64,000 nucleotides of DNA from Candidatus Bathyarchaeota archaeon (GTDB taxonomy: Archaea > Thermoproteota > Bathyarchaeia > Bathyarchaeales > Bathycorpusculaceae): assembly GCA_963717465.1 (NCBI GenBank), contig OY970340.1, positions 2,368,001 through 2,432,000 on the forward strand, given 5' to 3'. Below, piece by piece: positions 51,534 to 62,460 of the stretch; the stretch's first letter is position 1; every line of letters starts with the position of its first letter. The notes below the pieces were generated by a model that searched no databases, was not told the origin of the DNA, and saw only the letters and a program-made list of their open reading frames with translations. The translations under genes and the position numbers were made by a program.

Positions 51534-52634
51534 ATGAGCATAAAGCATAAAGAATTGTCAGCTTTGTTTGAAGATCTAAAAGCCGCTGACTGCGTAGTTT
51601 GCGGTGGGTCAGGAAGGTCGCTTTACTCGTTGAACGCTGCTATGAGCCAGATTGCCTTAAGTCAGGCAGGCTGGAGAAACAAGGTTGTCATAACTCCTGA
51701 TGACCCCGGTTTTCCAGGCAAAACCATGTACGAAGCAGCCGCTGACTTTGAAAGACGCTACAAAAAGATTCTGTTGCTTATTAATTCAGGTAGCGGTTTT
51801 TCAGATGACCCGTTAGTTATGGCTCAAGACCTGGCGACCTACATTGAAAAAAAGAAAACTGACAAGTTTTCAATGGGACTCTTAACATCCGCGTTAAGTT
51901 CACCATTAGCGGAGATAGTTAGCAAGTATGGGAATGTTGTTCAGCTTAAAGGTCGAGGGAAATCTAAACCTTCTTTTGAATACAGCGAAACAGGCATGAT
52001 GGGAGACATTTTTGAGCTTGGATCCCTTGAATTACTAAACAGCATGATAGAAGTTATTTTCAGAAACTTGGAAGCTGACGACGTTTACACGCTTTGCGCT
52101 GAAGAATTCGAGAAGATAGGAGAAATGATGGATGCAAACGTGGCTTCCGACACTTATACTAAACTTGTTGATTTGCTTGAAAAACGCACTGACGTGTTTT
52201 TAGGCGGGAAAGGAACTGCGAATCAAATTGCAAAAATGACTGGAGTAAGACTCTTCCACATTAAGAGTTTCTTGGGTGACAACGTTTTCATTACTAGGGG
52301 CGTTAACACGCCGCATCCAAGGGCAGGCGACCTGGAAATTCTTTTATCTTATTCAGGCGAGACTAAACCTGTGGTTATATGGGCTGACGTGATTAAGAAA
52401 TTCAATGGGACAGTTCTTGCAATCACAGGTTCAAAAGATTCAATTCTCGCAAAGAAAGCAGACCTAAAGATAGTTTTGGAAGAAGAAGATAGGCCGAACA
52501 CGCCGAGACGCTTCTACACTAGAGCAGCCTACGTTTTAAGCCCTTTACCTGTTAAGTTAGCTGAAAGACTTGCTCAAAGAGGACTAAGACTCCCAGAATA
52601 CATTATCAGCTGGTACCATTCAGTTACGCAATAA
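51534..52634 (+). CDS. tandem SIS-domain protein (6-phospho-3-hexuloisomerase-like)
   Basis: GGSGRS; LSYSGETK..VLAITG..S.LAKKAD. Confidence 0.75.
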   Translation: MSIKHKELSALFEDLKAADCVVCGGSGRSLYSLNAAMSQIALSQAGWRNKVVITPDDPGFPGKTMYEAAADFERRYKKILLLINSGSGFSDDPLVMAQDLATYIEKKKTDKFSMGLLTSALSSPLAEIVSKYGNVVQLKGRGKSKPSFEYSETGMMGDIFELGSLELLNSMIEVIFRNLEADDVYTLCAEEFEKIGEMMDANVASDTYTKLVDLLEKRTDVFLGGKGTANQIAKMTGVRLFHIKSFLGDNVFITRGVNTPHPRAGDLEILLSYSGETKPVVIWADVIKKFNGTVLAITGSKDSILAKKADLKIVLEEEDRPNTPRRFYTRAAYVLSPLPVKLAERLAQRGLRLPEYIISWYHSVTQ

Positions 52635-54063
52635 TTCCTTTTTTGGTTTTGAGCCAAAAAGGTTTTCCATCGATAAAGCTGCTAAGGAATTCAGTGAACT
52701 CTTTATTCTCTTGGTAAACTTGGCTGATTTCATTGTTTACCACAACTTGAAGTTTTTCTTTGAATGCTTTTTCAACTATTGAGGCTACGCCTGAGTTTTT
52801 GCCGCCGTCAGAAAGTTTTTCTTTTAGAAGTTCAATAACATCAGGATTTTTTCGTTGTAACTCTACCACCCACCTGTTTTGTTCAATATAGGGCCCAGAA
52901 ATCACGTTCGCGTTTTCCTGGTATTTGGATAGAAAGTTTTCGCATTCTTTTTCTCTTTCAAGTTGTGGTCCTAAATGCTTTTTTATATTTGGCAATATTT
53001 GTTGTTCAACTTCAAAAAAGAATATGCTCAGATTTTTTTCGTTGCTCCAAACAGCATCGTTAAGCACTTTATGGCCATTGAGTTCGATTAATTTGTGAAG
53101 AGCTTTTTTTGTTTTGTACAGTTGACCCCATAAAATGTCAGGAACAAACTCAGAATGATGAACAATGATAAAGACGAGAGATGATCCGCGTTTTTCAATT
53201 TTACTCTTTAATTCCTGAATGCTTAAAGCATGAGGTTTCTTTGGGTAAAAGAATTCAGCCGTGGGTTCTTGCAGGAAAGCTCTTGCTGCTCCAATCAGCG
53301 TGTAGAGTTTTTCTGGTCTCACGGCAGAAGCAACGTTTCTTGCTTTATCAACGGGGTCAACGATGACTAATGGTTCTGGAAAAAGAAGTGATAACTCCTT
53401 TTCCCTTTTGGCATAGTGTTGTTCGATGTCGATGACTGTGCGTTGGGAGTATTTTGCAAAAGAGCACAAAGTCTCAAAAAAGGACCCATGCGCCAGTACC
53501 AGAAGTTCGCAGAGGTAGCCGCTGAAGCCACCGATTTTTATTTCAGCGCCGTAAACTTTGATGCCCTTCATGAATTTTTTTAGGAGACGAACTTCATTGC
53601 GCAAATTCTTGTTTAACTTATCTTTGACGTAATCGGTGTGATAGGGTGTTCTATCAGTTGCGCTTTGCCACTCTCCGCGTTTCGTGTTGTAACATGGAAC
53701 AATATGCACTCTGTAACCGTCCACAAAGGCCTCAAGGTAGGGATGCTCAGCAAACCGCTCAACCTGCTTTAAGCCCACTGTAGCTTTTCTAGCGATTTTT
53801 AAACCAACATCGCCAAGATTCTTTCTTGGAATTGAAGTTGGCAACCGCACAAAAATGTCGACGTCAGGGTCTTCTCTAAGCCAAGTGTCTTTAGCAATAG
53901 AACCTTCAACCCGCACAATCGCCTCAACATTTTCTTCCCCGCAAACCGAGCCAATCTTCGTTTCTAAGTCGTTGACTATGGCGTCAATCTTTGCCCTATC
54001 CTCTTTTTTCGGCAAAATTTTTTCAAGAATAGCTTTTGAAACCGCGTTTACTTGGTTTTCCAT
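52624..54063 (-). CDS. cca: archaeal CCA-adding enzyme
   Basis: GSIAKDTWL..DVDIF, AEHPY, SATDRTPYH, GGFSGYLCELL. Confidence 0.95.
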   Translation of the reverse strand: MENQVNAVSKAILEKILPKKEDRAKIDAIVNDLETKIGSVCGEENVEAIVRVEGSIAKDTWLREDPDVDIFVRLPTSIPRKNLGDVGLKIARKATVGLKQVERFAEHPYLEAFVDGYRVHIVPCYNTKRGEWQSATDRTPYHTDYVKDKLNKNLRNEVRLLKKFMKGIKVYGAEIKIGGFSGYLCELLVLAHGSFFETLCSFAKYSQRTVIDIEQHYAKREKELSLLFPEPLVIVDPVDKARNVASAVRPEKLYTLIGAARAFLQEPTAEFFYPKKPHALSIQELKSKIEKRGSSLVFIIVHHSEFVPDILWGQLYKTKKALHKLIELNGHKVLNDAVWSNEKNLSIFFFEVEQQILPNIKKHLGPQLEREKECENFLSKYQENANVISGPYIEQNRWVVELQRKNPDVIELLKEKLSDGGKNSGVASIVEKAFKEKLQVVVNNEISQVYQENKEFTEFLSSFIDGKPFWLKTKKGIIA

Positions 54064-54080
54064 AGTAATCAGTTTCTTCT

Positions 54081-54647
54081 CTATTGAGGGCAGAATTCTT
54101 TAAGGGTTGAATAACTAGGCCCGTGTGGTGATAAGTCGCTTCTTTTCAGTCGAAGACAATCAGCATGTACAATACCAAATTCATAGTCCTTTTTTTTATT
54201 TACAAGTTCAGCAAGCTGAGCTTTGTTTGCTCCTGATTTTATCCTGGCAATTGTCAAGTGCGGGCTGAAACCATAACGATCAGGCTCAAAACCCAAGGCT
54301 TGTATCTTAGGTTCTAGCTGGCTAAAGATGCTTGTCAGTTGTTCAGCACCTTGCATCATTCCAGCCCAAACAACTCTTGGATAATTCATGCTTGGAAAGA
54401 CACCTAAACCCTTAATCTGGACAGGAAATGGCGAAAATTTAATTTGCTTCATAGCTTCAAAAATTTTTTCAGCCATATTTTGGCTGATGTCACCAAAAAA
54501 GCGAAGAGTAATGTGAATATTTTGGGGTGACACAAGTTTTAGGTCTGCGCCAGTTTGGATTAATAGTTTTTGCACTGCTGCTAACCTGTCTAGAATTGTG
54601 TCGTCTTGCATGTCGAAAGCTAAGAAGCTTCTTATGGACTCAGACAT
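54081..54647 (-). CDS. thpR: RNA 2',3'-cyclic phosphodiesterase
   Basis: Two HxT motifs (HITL, HLTI); adjacent to cca. Confidence 0.92.
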   Translation of the reverse strand: MSESIRSFLAFDMQDDTILDRLAAVQKLLIQTGADLKLVSPQNIHITLRFFGDISQNMAEKIFEAMKQIKFSPFPVQIKGLGVFPSMNYPRVVWAGMMQGAEQLTSIFSQLEPKIQALGFEPDRYGFSPHLTIARIKSGANKAQLAELVNKKKDYEFGIVHADCLRLKRSDLSPHGPSYSTLKEFCPQ

Positions 54648-54906
54648 TGAATTTCCTTCAAATTAGTTTTAACACATAACACTCATAAATGCTTATTCGC
54701 AGGGCTCGGGTGATGTCTCCCACGCCAATCCTTCTTATTCTTTTTCTGTGTTTTTAGCATGTTTCTTGTGTGTCAGAGCTTTTTTGTTAAGCTACCAATC
54801 TACTGGAGATGTTAAAGAAGGTTAAATCAAATCTTAATTCACTGTGCATATTGTTGAGCAACAAGCCACATATTAGGGATTATTAATAGATGCAATCAAA
54901 GCGGAT

Positions 54907-56409
54907 TTGATAAAAATGACAGTTGAGGCTCAAGAAAACAAAGGCTCAGAACACGAAGAGCAGTTGGATCAACTTGAACAAGAAATCAAGAAGCTTCGAA
55001 CTCAGAACCGAGAAATATTAAAAATATATGTGAAAAAGCTTGAAGAAGCTATTCAAATTGTTGAAAAAACAGTCAAAACCACTGATGATACCATTAACTC
55101 TGCTAACAAGATTAATCAAGATATCATGACACATGCTGAGACGACTGTTGTAACTGCCGAACGTGCAATAGAAGCTTCAAATATAATTGGCAACGTTGCA
55201 ACTTCCGCAAAGGAAGCTGGCAACTATGTACAAAAAGTCTTGATAAGTGCAGAAGATGTTGCCAAAGCTGGCATCAGCGTTCAGGATATGGGCAAACAAG
55301 TGGAAAAAACATCCAACATGATGTCTCTTGGCATGCAACAGGTCAGCACTGCATCACAACAAGTATCTACTGGGGCACAAAAGTTAGCTGAACTCTCACA
55401 AGAAGCAGCAAAAAGCACAGAATCCCTAAAGAAAGTCATGGACGAAGCAGGCAACATAGCAAAGGAAGCATCCGCCGTAACAGAAGAGGCTCTAAACAAA
55501 TCTAAACACGCCAACGAAAAAGGACAACAGGGGTTACATGCAATTGAGGATATTAAAACAAACATTACAAAGGTTTCTGACGCCGTCGTGTCAATGGTCA
55601 ATTCCGTAGAGCAGGTAGGGCAAATAACAAATTCAGTCTCAGAAATAGCTAGCCAAACAAACATGCTAGCCCTGAACGCTGCAATCGAGGCCGCAAGAGC
55701 AGGCGAGGCAGGAAGAGGATTCGCAGTTGTCGCTGACGCCGTTAAAGGCTTAGCAGGCCAATCAAAAGTGGCCGCCGGCTCAGCAATTACTCTAGTAAAA
55801 GGAATAAAAGACGCAGGAACCAAAACAAACACTATTGCAACGCAATCACAAGCAAACGCAGCAGAAGGAACAAACGTGGTTCTAGGCGCAATTAAGGAAG
55901 CTGAAGGCATTGCCAAAATAATGGAGACAATGACAAGTAAGGTGAATACCTTAACGAACGGCGTTGACCGAGGTCTCAACTCATTAGATAATGTTGTTAG
56001 AACAATCAGCGAGGTAGCCAGCATCGCCGAAGAAAGTTCTTCCGCTTCTGAAGAAGTCTCTGCTACCGTCGAGGAGCAGACATCAGGCGCAAAGGAGCTG
56101 GAAAAAATCGCTAAACAAGTTGCAGTTATCGCGAAAAACGTTGAGAAATTAACCGCGGATGTTGTTAACGACGCTAAGGAAGCATCTAAAATATCAGTCA
56201 ATATTGGAAATGACGCCACAAACGTCGAGAAAAAAGCCGAAGAAATTAAAGCATCTGTTGAAAAAACAAGTGAAATCGATTTAGCTCTTACAACACAAAC
56301 TAGCGAAATAATTGAGAATAATAAAAAATCTAAAGCAGAACTTCAAACTCTAATTGAACAATGCAAGGCAGCAATAGCGGACTTAAGAAGCGCTGAAACA
56401 AGTTCATAA
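54907..56409 (+). CDS. soluble MCP-like protein (MCP3)
   Basis: MCP signalling hairpin; no TM segment. Confidence 0.9.
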   Translation: MIKMTVEAQENKGSEHEEQLDQLEQEIKKLRTQNREILKIYVKKLEEAIQIVEKTVKTTDDTINSANKINQDIMTHAETTVVTAERAIEASNIIGNVATSAKEAGNYVQKVLISAEDVAKAGISVQDMGKQVEKTSNMMSLGMQQVSTASQQVSTGAQKLAELSQEAAKSTESLKKVMDEAGNIAKEASAVTEEALNKSKHANEKGQQGLHAIEDIKTNITKVSDAVVSMVNSVEQVGQITNSVSEIASQTNMLALNAAIEAARAGEAGRGFAVVADAVKGLAGQSKVAAGSAITLVKGIKDAGTKTNTIATQSQANAAEGTNVVLGAIKEAEGIAKIMETMTSKVNTLTNGVDRGLNSLDNVVRTISEVASIAEESSSASEEVSATVEEQTSGAKELEKIAKQVAVIAKNVEKLTADVVNDAKEASKISVNIGNDATNVEKKAEEIKASVEKTSEIDLALTTQTSEIIENNKKSKAELQTLIEQCKAAIADLRSAETSS

Positions 56410-56574
56410 AAACCCGCAACTGACTAAGCAATTTAAAAAGAATAACCTGGAAATTCAACACCTCAACAGACAGATCATAGCCGACTCAAGAGTTTGAAAA
56501 AGCGGTTTCAAACGACAGTTAATTAAGCGCTAATCAACAGTAAACGCGCACCTATGTGAAGCCTCTATTTAATT

Positions 56575-56980
56575 CTTCCTCCAACCTTTCCTTTTATTGT
56601 ATCCTCCATGTCTATTCCTCCTTACTAGTCGGAATTAAGGCACAAGCCTATTCGACCACATCAAAGGGTCAATAGGGCGTCGCATCCAGGCGCCCATCAA
56701 TCATGCGGACGTCCACTTTAAGGAACAGCGGCTAGCGAGGAGAAATCCTATGCCTGATCATAATACGGCCGCTTATTCTTCAACACCGAATAACAAATCA
56801 ACAACAGATGAGCAGCCACATTCAAACCAACTCTTTTTCCTTTCTTTTCACCAATCGATGATACAGTCGAGTTACTCCCGAATCAAGACTGCGGACATGC
56901 CTCTGAGCAGCCTGAACCATCACCCACCGCAACCAACGACTACCCTCCTTGACAATGCCACCACGCCTAACCCTCCCTGT
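56575..56980 (-). mobile_element. IS110-family transposase 3' remnant with downstream non-coding end
   Basis: GIVKEGSRWLRWVMVQAA...YHRL, frameshift, then LLLICYSVLKNKRPY..* (stop 56748-56750); hairpins downstream. Confidence 0.75.
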
Positions 56981-57043
56981 AAACACACATAATAACGCTA
57001 AATCAAGAAAGCATAAGATACTTTGCAAACTAACTTAGGAACA

Positions 57044-57172
57044 GAGACTGTGTGAAAACTATTTTTGCTTTGAAAAGTTGCATTGTTTGTCTGAAAAATT
57101 AAGTGTGCGCTGGTATTTTTAAAAATGAAGGACGCAATTTTCAGAAATAATTTCAACTTTTCACACAGTCTC
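57044..57172. mobile_element. 129-bp MITE
   Basis: Perfect 15-bp TIRs GAGACTGTGTGAAAA (57044-57058/57158-57172); AACA duplicated on both sides. Confidence 0.85.
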
Positions 57173-57192
57173 AACAGCCATGTGCGCGTTGT

Positions 57193-57814
57193 TTAGTAGT
57201 GTCCTGCCAAGTCCCTTTCTATGCCTTTTCCCGCTTCGTATCTTAGAAATCGCTTTAATCTCTTATGTTTATCCTTCGGCTTTTCTTTTTCTGGGAGAGG
57301 CGTTCCGCATACACTGCAGAACTTTGCTATTTCATGGTTTTGCGTTCCGCACTTAGAGCATACATTCACCGTTGCATACTTCTCTTGTTTAGGTTTCTTG
57401 ATGTAGATTCGGCTTACTGCTCCCCCGACTGCACCTAAAATCAATGAAGCTACGCTTCCAACCAAAAACATTACTCCAACCATAATTAAGGCTAAGACAA
57501 ACATGATCTGTGAGAGCGAAGACGACAGCGCATAGAGGGTTACGGTTGCTGGGTTAATTGGGTACCCATCTAAGTTTGCTGAGGACAAGTGTACTCCAGC
57601 TAGTGAAATCAAGGTTAGGATGACTGAGGGGATTATGAAGGTTAACCAACCGTTTTTTGCTCCTGTCTTTGCGCTTCCAGCTGTAAGGGCCGAGATTAGG
57701 GGAGAAAAGAGCTAGGTAATACATGGGTAGTTGCAAGGCGTAGATCAGGACTCCGGAGACTAAACCTATAATTACGCCTATGATTGTTGGATGTTTCATT
57801 TTCTTGTTTTTCAC
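57193..57814 (-). pseudogene. membrane zinc-ribbon protein, possibly frameshifted (57554-57814 plus 57193-57612)
   Basis: Overlapping hydrophobic ORFs in different frames; CSKCG..FCSVCG. Confidence 0.45.
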
Positions 57815-58412
57815 CTAGATTCCATGAAACTTGACGTAAAAGTCCATCCTTTAAAGAACTTAATAGATAATAGAAACTATTTTTGATTTAATTCTTATGA
57901 ATAGAGAATAAATATTATAAGGCTATTAATTACGAAAGATTAACGAACTAATTTGTCTATGAGCAAACGGCTGCATAGATTTTACGATTGTACCTGCACA
58001 CCGACCATAGTAGAGTTAACTTCGTAGTTTATTTTCGTTTGAAAAACAGTTATTTTGTAAACAGCAACTTCTCAAATAGCTTCGTCGCTAAGAAGCATTT
58101 CCTTGATAACATCTATCTTTGATTCTTTTACATCATCGCTCAAGAGTTGCAACCCATAGCCAATTGACAAATTAGACATAAACGCGCGTTCTTCTCTTTT
58201 TCTTTGTGTTGTGAGTCGTATCGTGTTGTTGTTTCGCGTTCTGTAGTGGGCCAGCGCCTTATTACTCTATCAACATGGAATGTTTGGACGCAAATTGATA
58301 AGTCAACGTGAATCAGAAAAAGCTCAGTGCCTCTCGACTGAAATCTTGCTTAGTAAACGAAAACCTGAACACATAAATCTTTTAAGCAAATCTGATATAT
58401 GAACGAAAAATA

Positions 58413-58988
58413 GTGTGCAGTATGAATGTCGACAAGGTTGTTATTGGCTTAGCTGGAATGCCTGGTGCAGGAAAATCTTTAATTGTTGATGCGGCACGCG
58501 AGTTAGGCTTTGCAATTGTAGTTATGGGTGATGTGATTAGGGAGGAAACATTGAAAAATGGGTTGGAATTGACTCCGGAGAATGTTGGAAAAGTTATGCT
58601 TGAGCTTAGAAAGAAAGGTGGAAACGCTATAGTTGCGGAGAAAAGCATTCCAAAAATTGAAGAGCAAACAAGCAGCAAGGTGCTGGTGGATGGTTTAAGA
58701 AGCCTCTTTGAGGTTGAAGCGTTCAAGGCGCATTTTCCAAGGTTCATAACTATTGCTGTTCATGCTTCACAGAAAACTCGGTTTGATCGCTTGAGAAATC
58801 GTAGCAGAAGCGATGATTCGAATGCTTGGGAAGTTTTTCATGAACGGGATATGCGTGAGCTAAGCGTTGGCTTGGGAAATGTTATAGCAATGGCTGAATA
58901 CATAATAATGAACGATAACAGCGCAGAACAGTGTAGAAGCGTTGCTGTGGATTTACTGCGAGGGATTGAAGAAAAATGGATGATGTAA
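58413..58988 (+). CDS. P-loop kinase (UPF0200/dephospho-CoA-kinase-like)
   Basis: GMPGAGKS, MGDVIR, VDGLRS, RD.REL. Confidence 0.85.
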   Translation: MCSMNVDKVVIGLAGMPGAGKSLIVDAARELGFAIVVMGDVIREETLKNGLELTPENVGKVMLELRKKGGNAIVAEKSIPKIEEQTSSKVLVDGLRSLFEVEAFKAHFPRFITIAVHASQKTRFDRLRNRSRSDDSNAWEVFHERDMRELSVGLGNVIAMAEYIIMNDNSAEQCRSVAVDLLRGIEEKWMM

Positions 58989-59377
58989 TTATTCGTGTTG
59001 AAACTGAAATAAACCCGACTGAAAGCGAGGAAAAAGTGAAGACGGCAATAACCAACTTTTTAGCCAACACGTCAATGTCAACCAAACCAGCTCATAGGGG
59101 AAGCATTTTGCTTGCTGAAGCTAAAGGGCAAGATTCGCTGGTTAAGCTTCGGAACCTGCTGAGAAATGATCGGATTCGTGATGCTGCAAGAAAATTGCTG
59201 TTAAAGTCAATTCGTGGGAACACCATTAGTTTTTGCTTGAATAAGCAGGTTGCTTTTGCTGGTCATGTTTCTTTTTCTGAGGAAACCGCTGAGTCTCCTT
59301 TAGGTCCCTTAAGAGTGACTATTGAAACAAATAATCCAAGTCAGCTTGTTGAGTGGCTGGCTGAGAAGACTGTTTAG
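58976..59377 (+). CDS. UPF0201-like RNA-binding protein
   Basis: INPTESEEKV..IRDAAR..LNKQVAFAG..ESPLGP. Confidence 0.85.
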   Translation: MDDVIIRVETEINPTESEEKVKTAITNFLANTSMSTKPAHRGSILLAEAKGQDSLVKLRNLLRNDRIRDAARKLLLKSIRGNTISFCLNKQVAFAGHVSFSEETAESPLGPLRVTIETNNPSQLVEWLAEKTV

Positions 59378-59393
59378 TGGATAAGGATAAAGT

Positions 59394-60416
59394 TTGCCTG
59401 CTAAAGCCTCGATAACAAAGAAAGGCGCCGTGTTGCTGGGCGATTATGTTGCTTGCGACGCTTATGATGCGACTAGACCGCTAAGGGTTGTTACGCATGC
59501 GCATGCTGATCATCTTGGCGGGTTGCGGACAAGTTTGAAGAGTTGCGAGAAAGTTTTGATGACTAAGGCAACAAGAGACTTATCCGAAGTACTTGATGGG
59601 GCGCTTAAATCGAGGCTAAAGTCGGTTGAAGCATTGGATTATGGTAAGGCAGTCAGGTTTGGCGAAGAAAGAATTACTTTGGTTAAGGCTGACCATATTT
59701 TAGGTGCTGCTCAAGTTCTAGTTGAAGATGCAAGTGGAACCCGAATTGCGTACAGTGGCGATTTTAGAATTGATGATACGCCAGTTGTGGAATGTGACGT
59801 TCTGGTGGTTGAATCCACTTATGGAAGTCCTTCATGCAGGCGCTCATTCAACGTGGATGTAAGAGAACTCCTCGTATCTATGATTGAAAAACAATTAAGG
59901 TATGGATCAGTCTACGTTTTTGGGTATCATGGTAAACTTCAAGAAGTAATGCAAATTCTCACCAAAGCACACGTTTCAGTCCCCTTTGTTATGCCGGAGC
60001 ATGTCTTTGAAGTCTCCAAGGTTTGCGAGCGCTATGGGATGCAGCTTGGCGGTTGCTTAACAAGGTCCACGGATAAGGAAGGTCGTGAACTTTTAGATGA
60101 CAATTTACCATGCGTTGCGTTTTACCACATGAACTCGCATAGTCAAGTTGGCTTGAGAAACGCGCGGATTACTGTTAGCGGTTGGGAGTTCCATTCGCCA
60201 TGTAGACAAGTTGGAGCTCGAGAGCACTTAGTTGCTTTGAGTGATCATTCGGATTTTGACGGCTTAATTGAGTATGTTAAGCGTTCAAAAGCAAAACTTG
60301 TTGTTACGGACAATTACCGAGTCAGCTACGGCGAAGTGTTAGCTAAGGAAATTAGAAAACGCTTAAAAGTTTCTGCTTTTGCTATGCCGACGACTAAGGG
60401 GCAAACTACTCTTTAA
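59394..60416 (+). CDS. MBL-fold (beta-CASP-like) nuclease
   Basis: THAHADH, HILG, YSGD, ESTYG, SDHSD. Confidence 0.85.
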   Translation: MPAKASITKKGAVLLGDYVACDAYDATRPLRVVTHAHADHLGGLRTSLKSCEKVLMTKATRDLSEVLDGALKSRLKSVEALDYGKAVRFGEERITLVKADHILGAAQVLVEDASGTRIAYSGDFRIDDTPVVECDVLVVESTYGSPSCRRSFNVDVRELLVSMIEKQLRYGSVYVFGYHGKLQEVMQILTKAHVSVPFVMPEHVFEVSKVCERYGMQLGGCLTRSTDKEGRELLDDNLPCVAFYHMNSHSQVGLRNARITVSGWEFHSPCRQVGAREHLVALSDHSDFDGLIEYVKRSKAKLVVTDNYRVSYGEVLAKEIRKRLKVSAFAMPTTKGQTTL

Positions 60417-60474
60417 GCACTCGATGTTGAAAGTTTAAAAGCGAAAAACCATAATTTTTACAGCGGAGGATAAT

Positions 60475-61746
60475 GTGACAGCCAAATCGTCTTTAATTGC
60501 TGGTTTCTACAAGTTGCCGCTAAAGGAGCGTTTAGAGATAGTTAAAGAGTTTGCAGGCTTAAGCGATGAAGAATGCCGTTTACTGCAGGATACGGGTTCT
60601 TTGCCTTTGGATTTGGCTGATCACATGGTTGAAAACGTGATCGGTGCTTTCCCTGAGCCTTTGGGTTTAGGAGTTAATTTTCAAATTAACAATCGTGACT
60701 ATTTGATTCCGATGGCTACAGAAGAGCCAAGCGTTATCGCTGCAGCCAGCTACGCCGCGAAGATGGTTCGTGACGGAGGAGGATTCCACACAAGCAGCAC
60801 TATGCCTATTATGATCGGGCAAATCCAAGTTGTAAAACTAAAAGATGCCCAATCCGCTAAAAAACAGGTTTTAAAAACCAAAGCCGAGGTTTTGAAGAAA
60901 GCAAATGATCAGGATCCGGTTTTGGTTTCTGCTGGTGGCGGAGCTAAAGATTTGGACGCAAAAATAATCGACACCTCAATGGGGCAAATGTTGATTGTTG
61001 AATTATCCGTGGATTGTCGCGATGCGATGGGTGCTAATGCCGTGAACACTATGGCTGAAGCCGTTGCGCCGATGATTGAAGAGATTACTGGTGGACAGGT
61101 TTACTTGCGGATTTTATCCAATTTAGCTGCGAAACGGTTGGCTAAAGCGTGGTGTACAGTGCCTAAAGAAGCACTTGGCGGAGAAGAAGTAGTTGAAGGA
61201 ATAGTTTACGCGTCAGCTTTTGCAGCGGCTGATCCGTTTCGTGCGGCAACTCATAACAAGGGAGCGTTAAACGGAATATCAGCGGTTGTTCTTGCTACAG
61301 GCAATGATTATCGGGCAATAGAAGCTGGAGCCCACGCTTACGCAGCATTAAAAGGACAATACACCAGCTTATCAAAATGGGAAAAAAACCAAAAAGGCGA
61401 CCTAACAGGAGTTATCGAGTTGCCCATGGCTGTAGGCTTAGTTGGCGGTGCCGTGCGAACTCATCCGATAGCAAAAATCGCAGTGAAGATTTTGGGTGTA
61501 AAGTCAGCCAACGAATTCGGCGAAGTTTTAGCTGCAGTTGGTTTAGCTCAAAATTTAGCGGCGCTGCGTGCACTTGTTCATGAGGGAATTCAGCGGGGTC
61601 ACATGTCTTTGCATGCAAGAAACATCGCCATAAATGCAGGCGCAAAAGATGACTTGATTGACCAAGTCGCTGAACAAATGATAAGGGAACACAAAGTACG
61701 TGTAGACAGAGCGAAAGAAATTCTGGAAGAATTAACGAGAAAATAA
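60475..61746 (+). CDS. mvaA: HMG-CoA reductase, class II
   Basis: ENVIG, TEEPSVIAA, DAMGAN, THNKG, EGIQRGHM. Confidence 0.92.
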   Translation: MTAKSSLIAGFYKLPLKERLEIVKEFAGLSDEECRLLQDTGSLPLDLADHMVENVIGAFPEPLGLGVNFQINNRDYLIPMATEEPSVIAAASYAAKMVRDGGGFHTSSTMPIMIGQIQVVKLKDAQSAKKQVLKTKAEVLKKANDQDPVLVSAGGGAKDLDAKIIDTSMGQMLIVELSVDCRDAMGANAVNTMAEAVAPMIEEITGGQVYLRILSNLAAKRLAKAWCTVPKEALGGEEVVEGIVYASAFAAADPFRAATHNKGALNGISAVVLATGNDYRAIEAGAHAYAALKGQYTSLSKWEKNQKGDLTGVIELPMAVGLVGGAVRTHPIAKIAVKILGVKSANEFGEVLAAVGLAQNLAALRALVHEGIQRGHMSLHARNIAINAGAKDDLIDQVAEQMIREHKVRVDRAKEILEELTRK

Positions 61747-61882
61747 GCAAATATTATCTTGCCCAAAGTGCATTGCTCATATTAGTCCTATTAATTAAAT
61801 AGGAATTTTTTTGGTGCCAACTGAGCTGCGAACATAGGGAATTATGGTAATAGTTATATAGTTATATCGTTGCAGTTTATGC

Positions 61883-62110
61883 ATGAGCAAATATGCAACT
61901 ATATCTGTTCCGGTTGAAGTGAAAGAAAAGCTGGAAAAAGCCAAGGGTAACAAAGAATGGGGTGAATTCTTGCTTGAGTTGTATACTGAGAGAAAACTGC
62001 TCAAGAGCAAGAAATCCTTCGATGAATTAGCAAATCTCCTCACCGACAAAGAGCTAAAATTGATGATTGAATCAAGCGAAGAGTTCAGGGAGAAGTTCAG
62101 CTTCGCATGA
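61883..62110 (+). CDS. VapB-type antitoxin
   Basis: ATISVPVEVKEKLEKAK; ATGA overlap with the PIN gene. Confidence 0.8.
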   Translation: MSKYATISVPVEVKEKLEKAKGNKEWGEFLLELYTERKLLKSKKSFDELANLLTDKELKLMIESSEEFREKFSFA

Positions 62111-62451
62111 ATCTCATAGACACAGGCGTATTAATCGACATGCTTAAGCAAAAAAGGTACAATCCTGGAGCTATCTCGCCTTTAACATTGATTGAAGTTC
62201 TAAGGGGAATCGACGAAAAGAAAAGAATAAGGGTGAAGGAACTGTTAGAAGAAAGTTTTGCCGTAGTAAACTTGGATAATGCCATCATCGTGAAATACTG
62301 CGACCTTTATTGCAGACTAAAAAAAGAAGGCAACCTAATACCAGACGCCGACCTCTTAATCGCAGCCACGGCATTAGCTCACAATCTGATACTAGAAACA
62401 ACCAACGGGCACTTTCATCGTCTGAGAGATTTGGGATTAAAAGTCAAGTAG
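62107..62451 (+). CDS. VapC PIN-domain toxin
   Basis: IDTGVLID..E..DADLLIAATA..T.N.HF. Confidence 0.88.
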   Translation: MNLIDTGVLIDMLKQKRYNPGAISPLTLIEVLRGIDEKKRIRVKELLEESFAVVNLDNAIIVKYCDLYCRLKKEGNLIPDADLLIAATALAHNLILETTNGHFHRLRDLGLKVK

Positions 62452-62460
62452 AATTTAAAG

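Noticed and set aside
48313..55940. Diversity-generating retroelement TR/VR pair
   Set aside because: No adenine-specific mismatches seen and no reverse transcriptase in the window.
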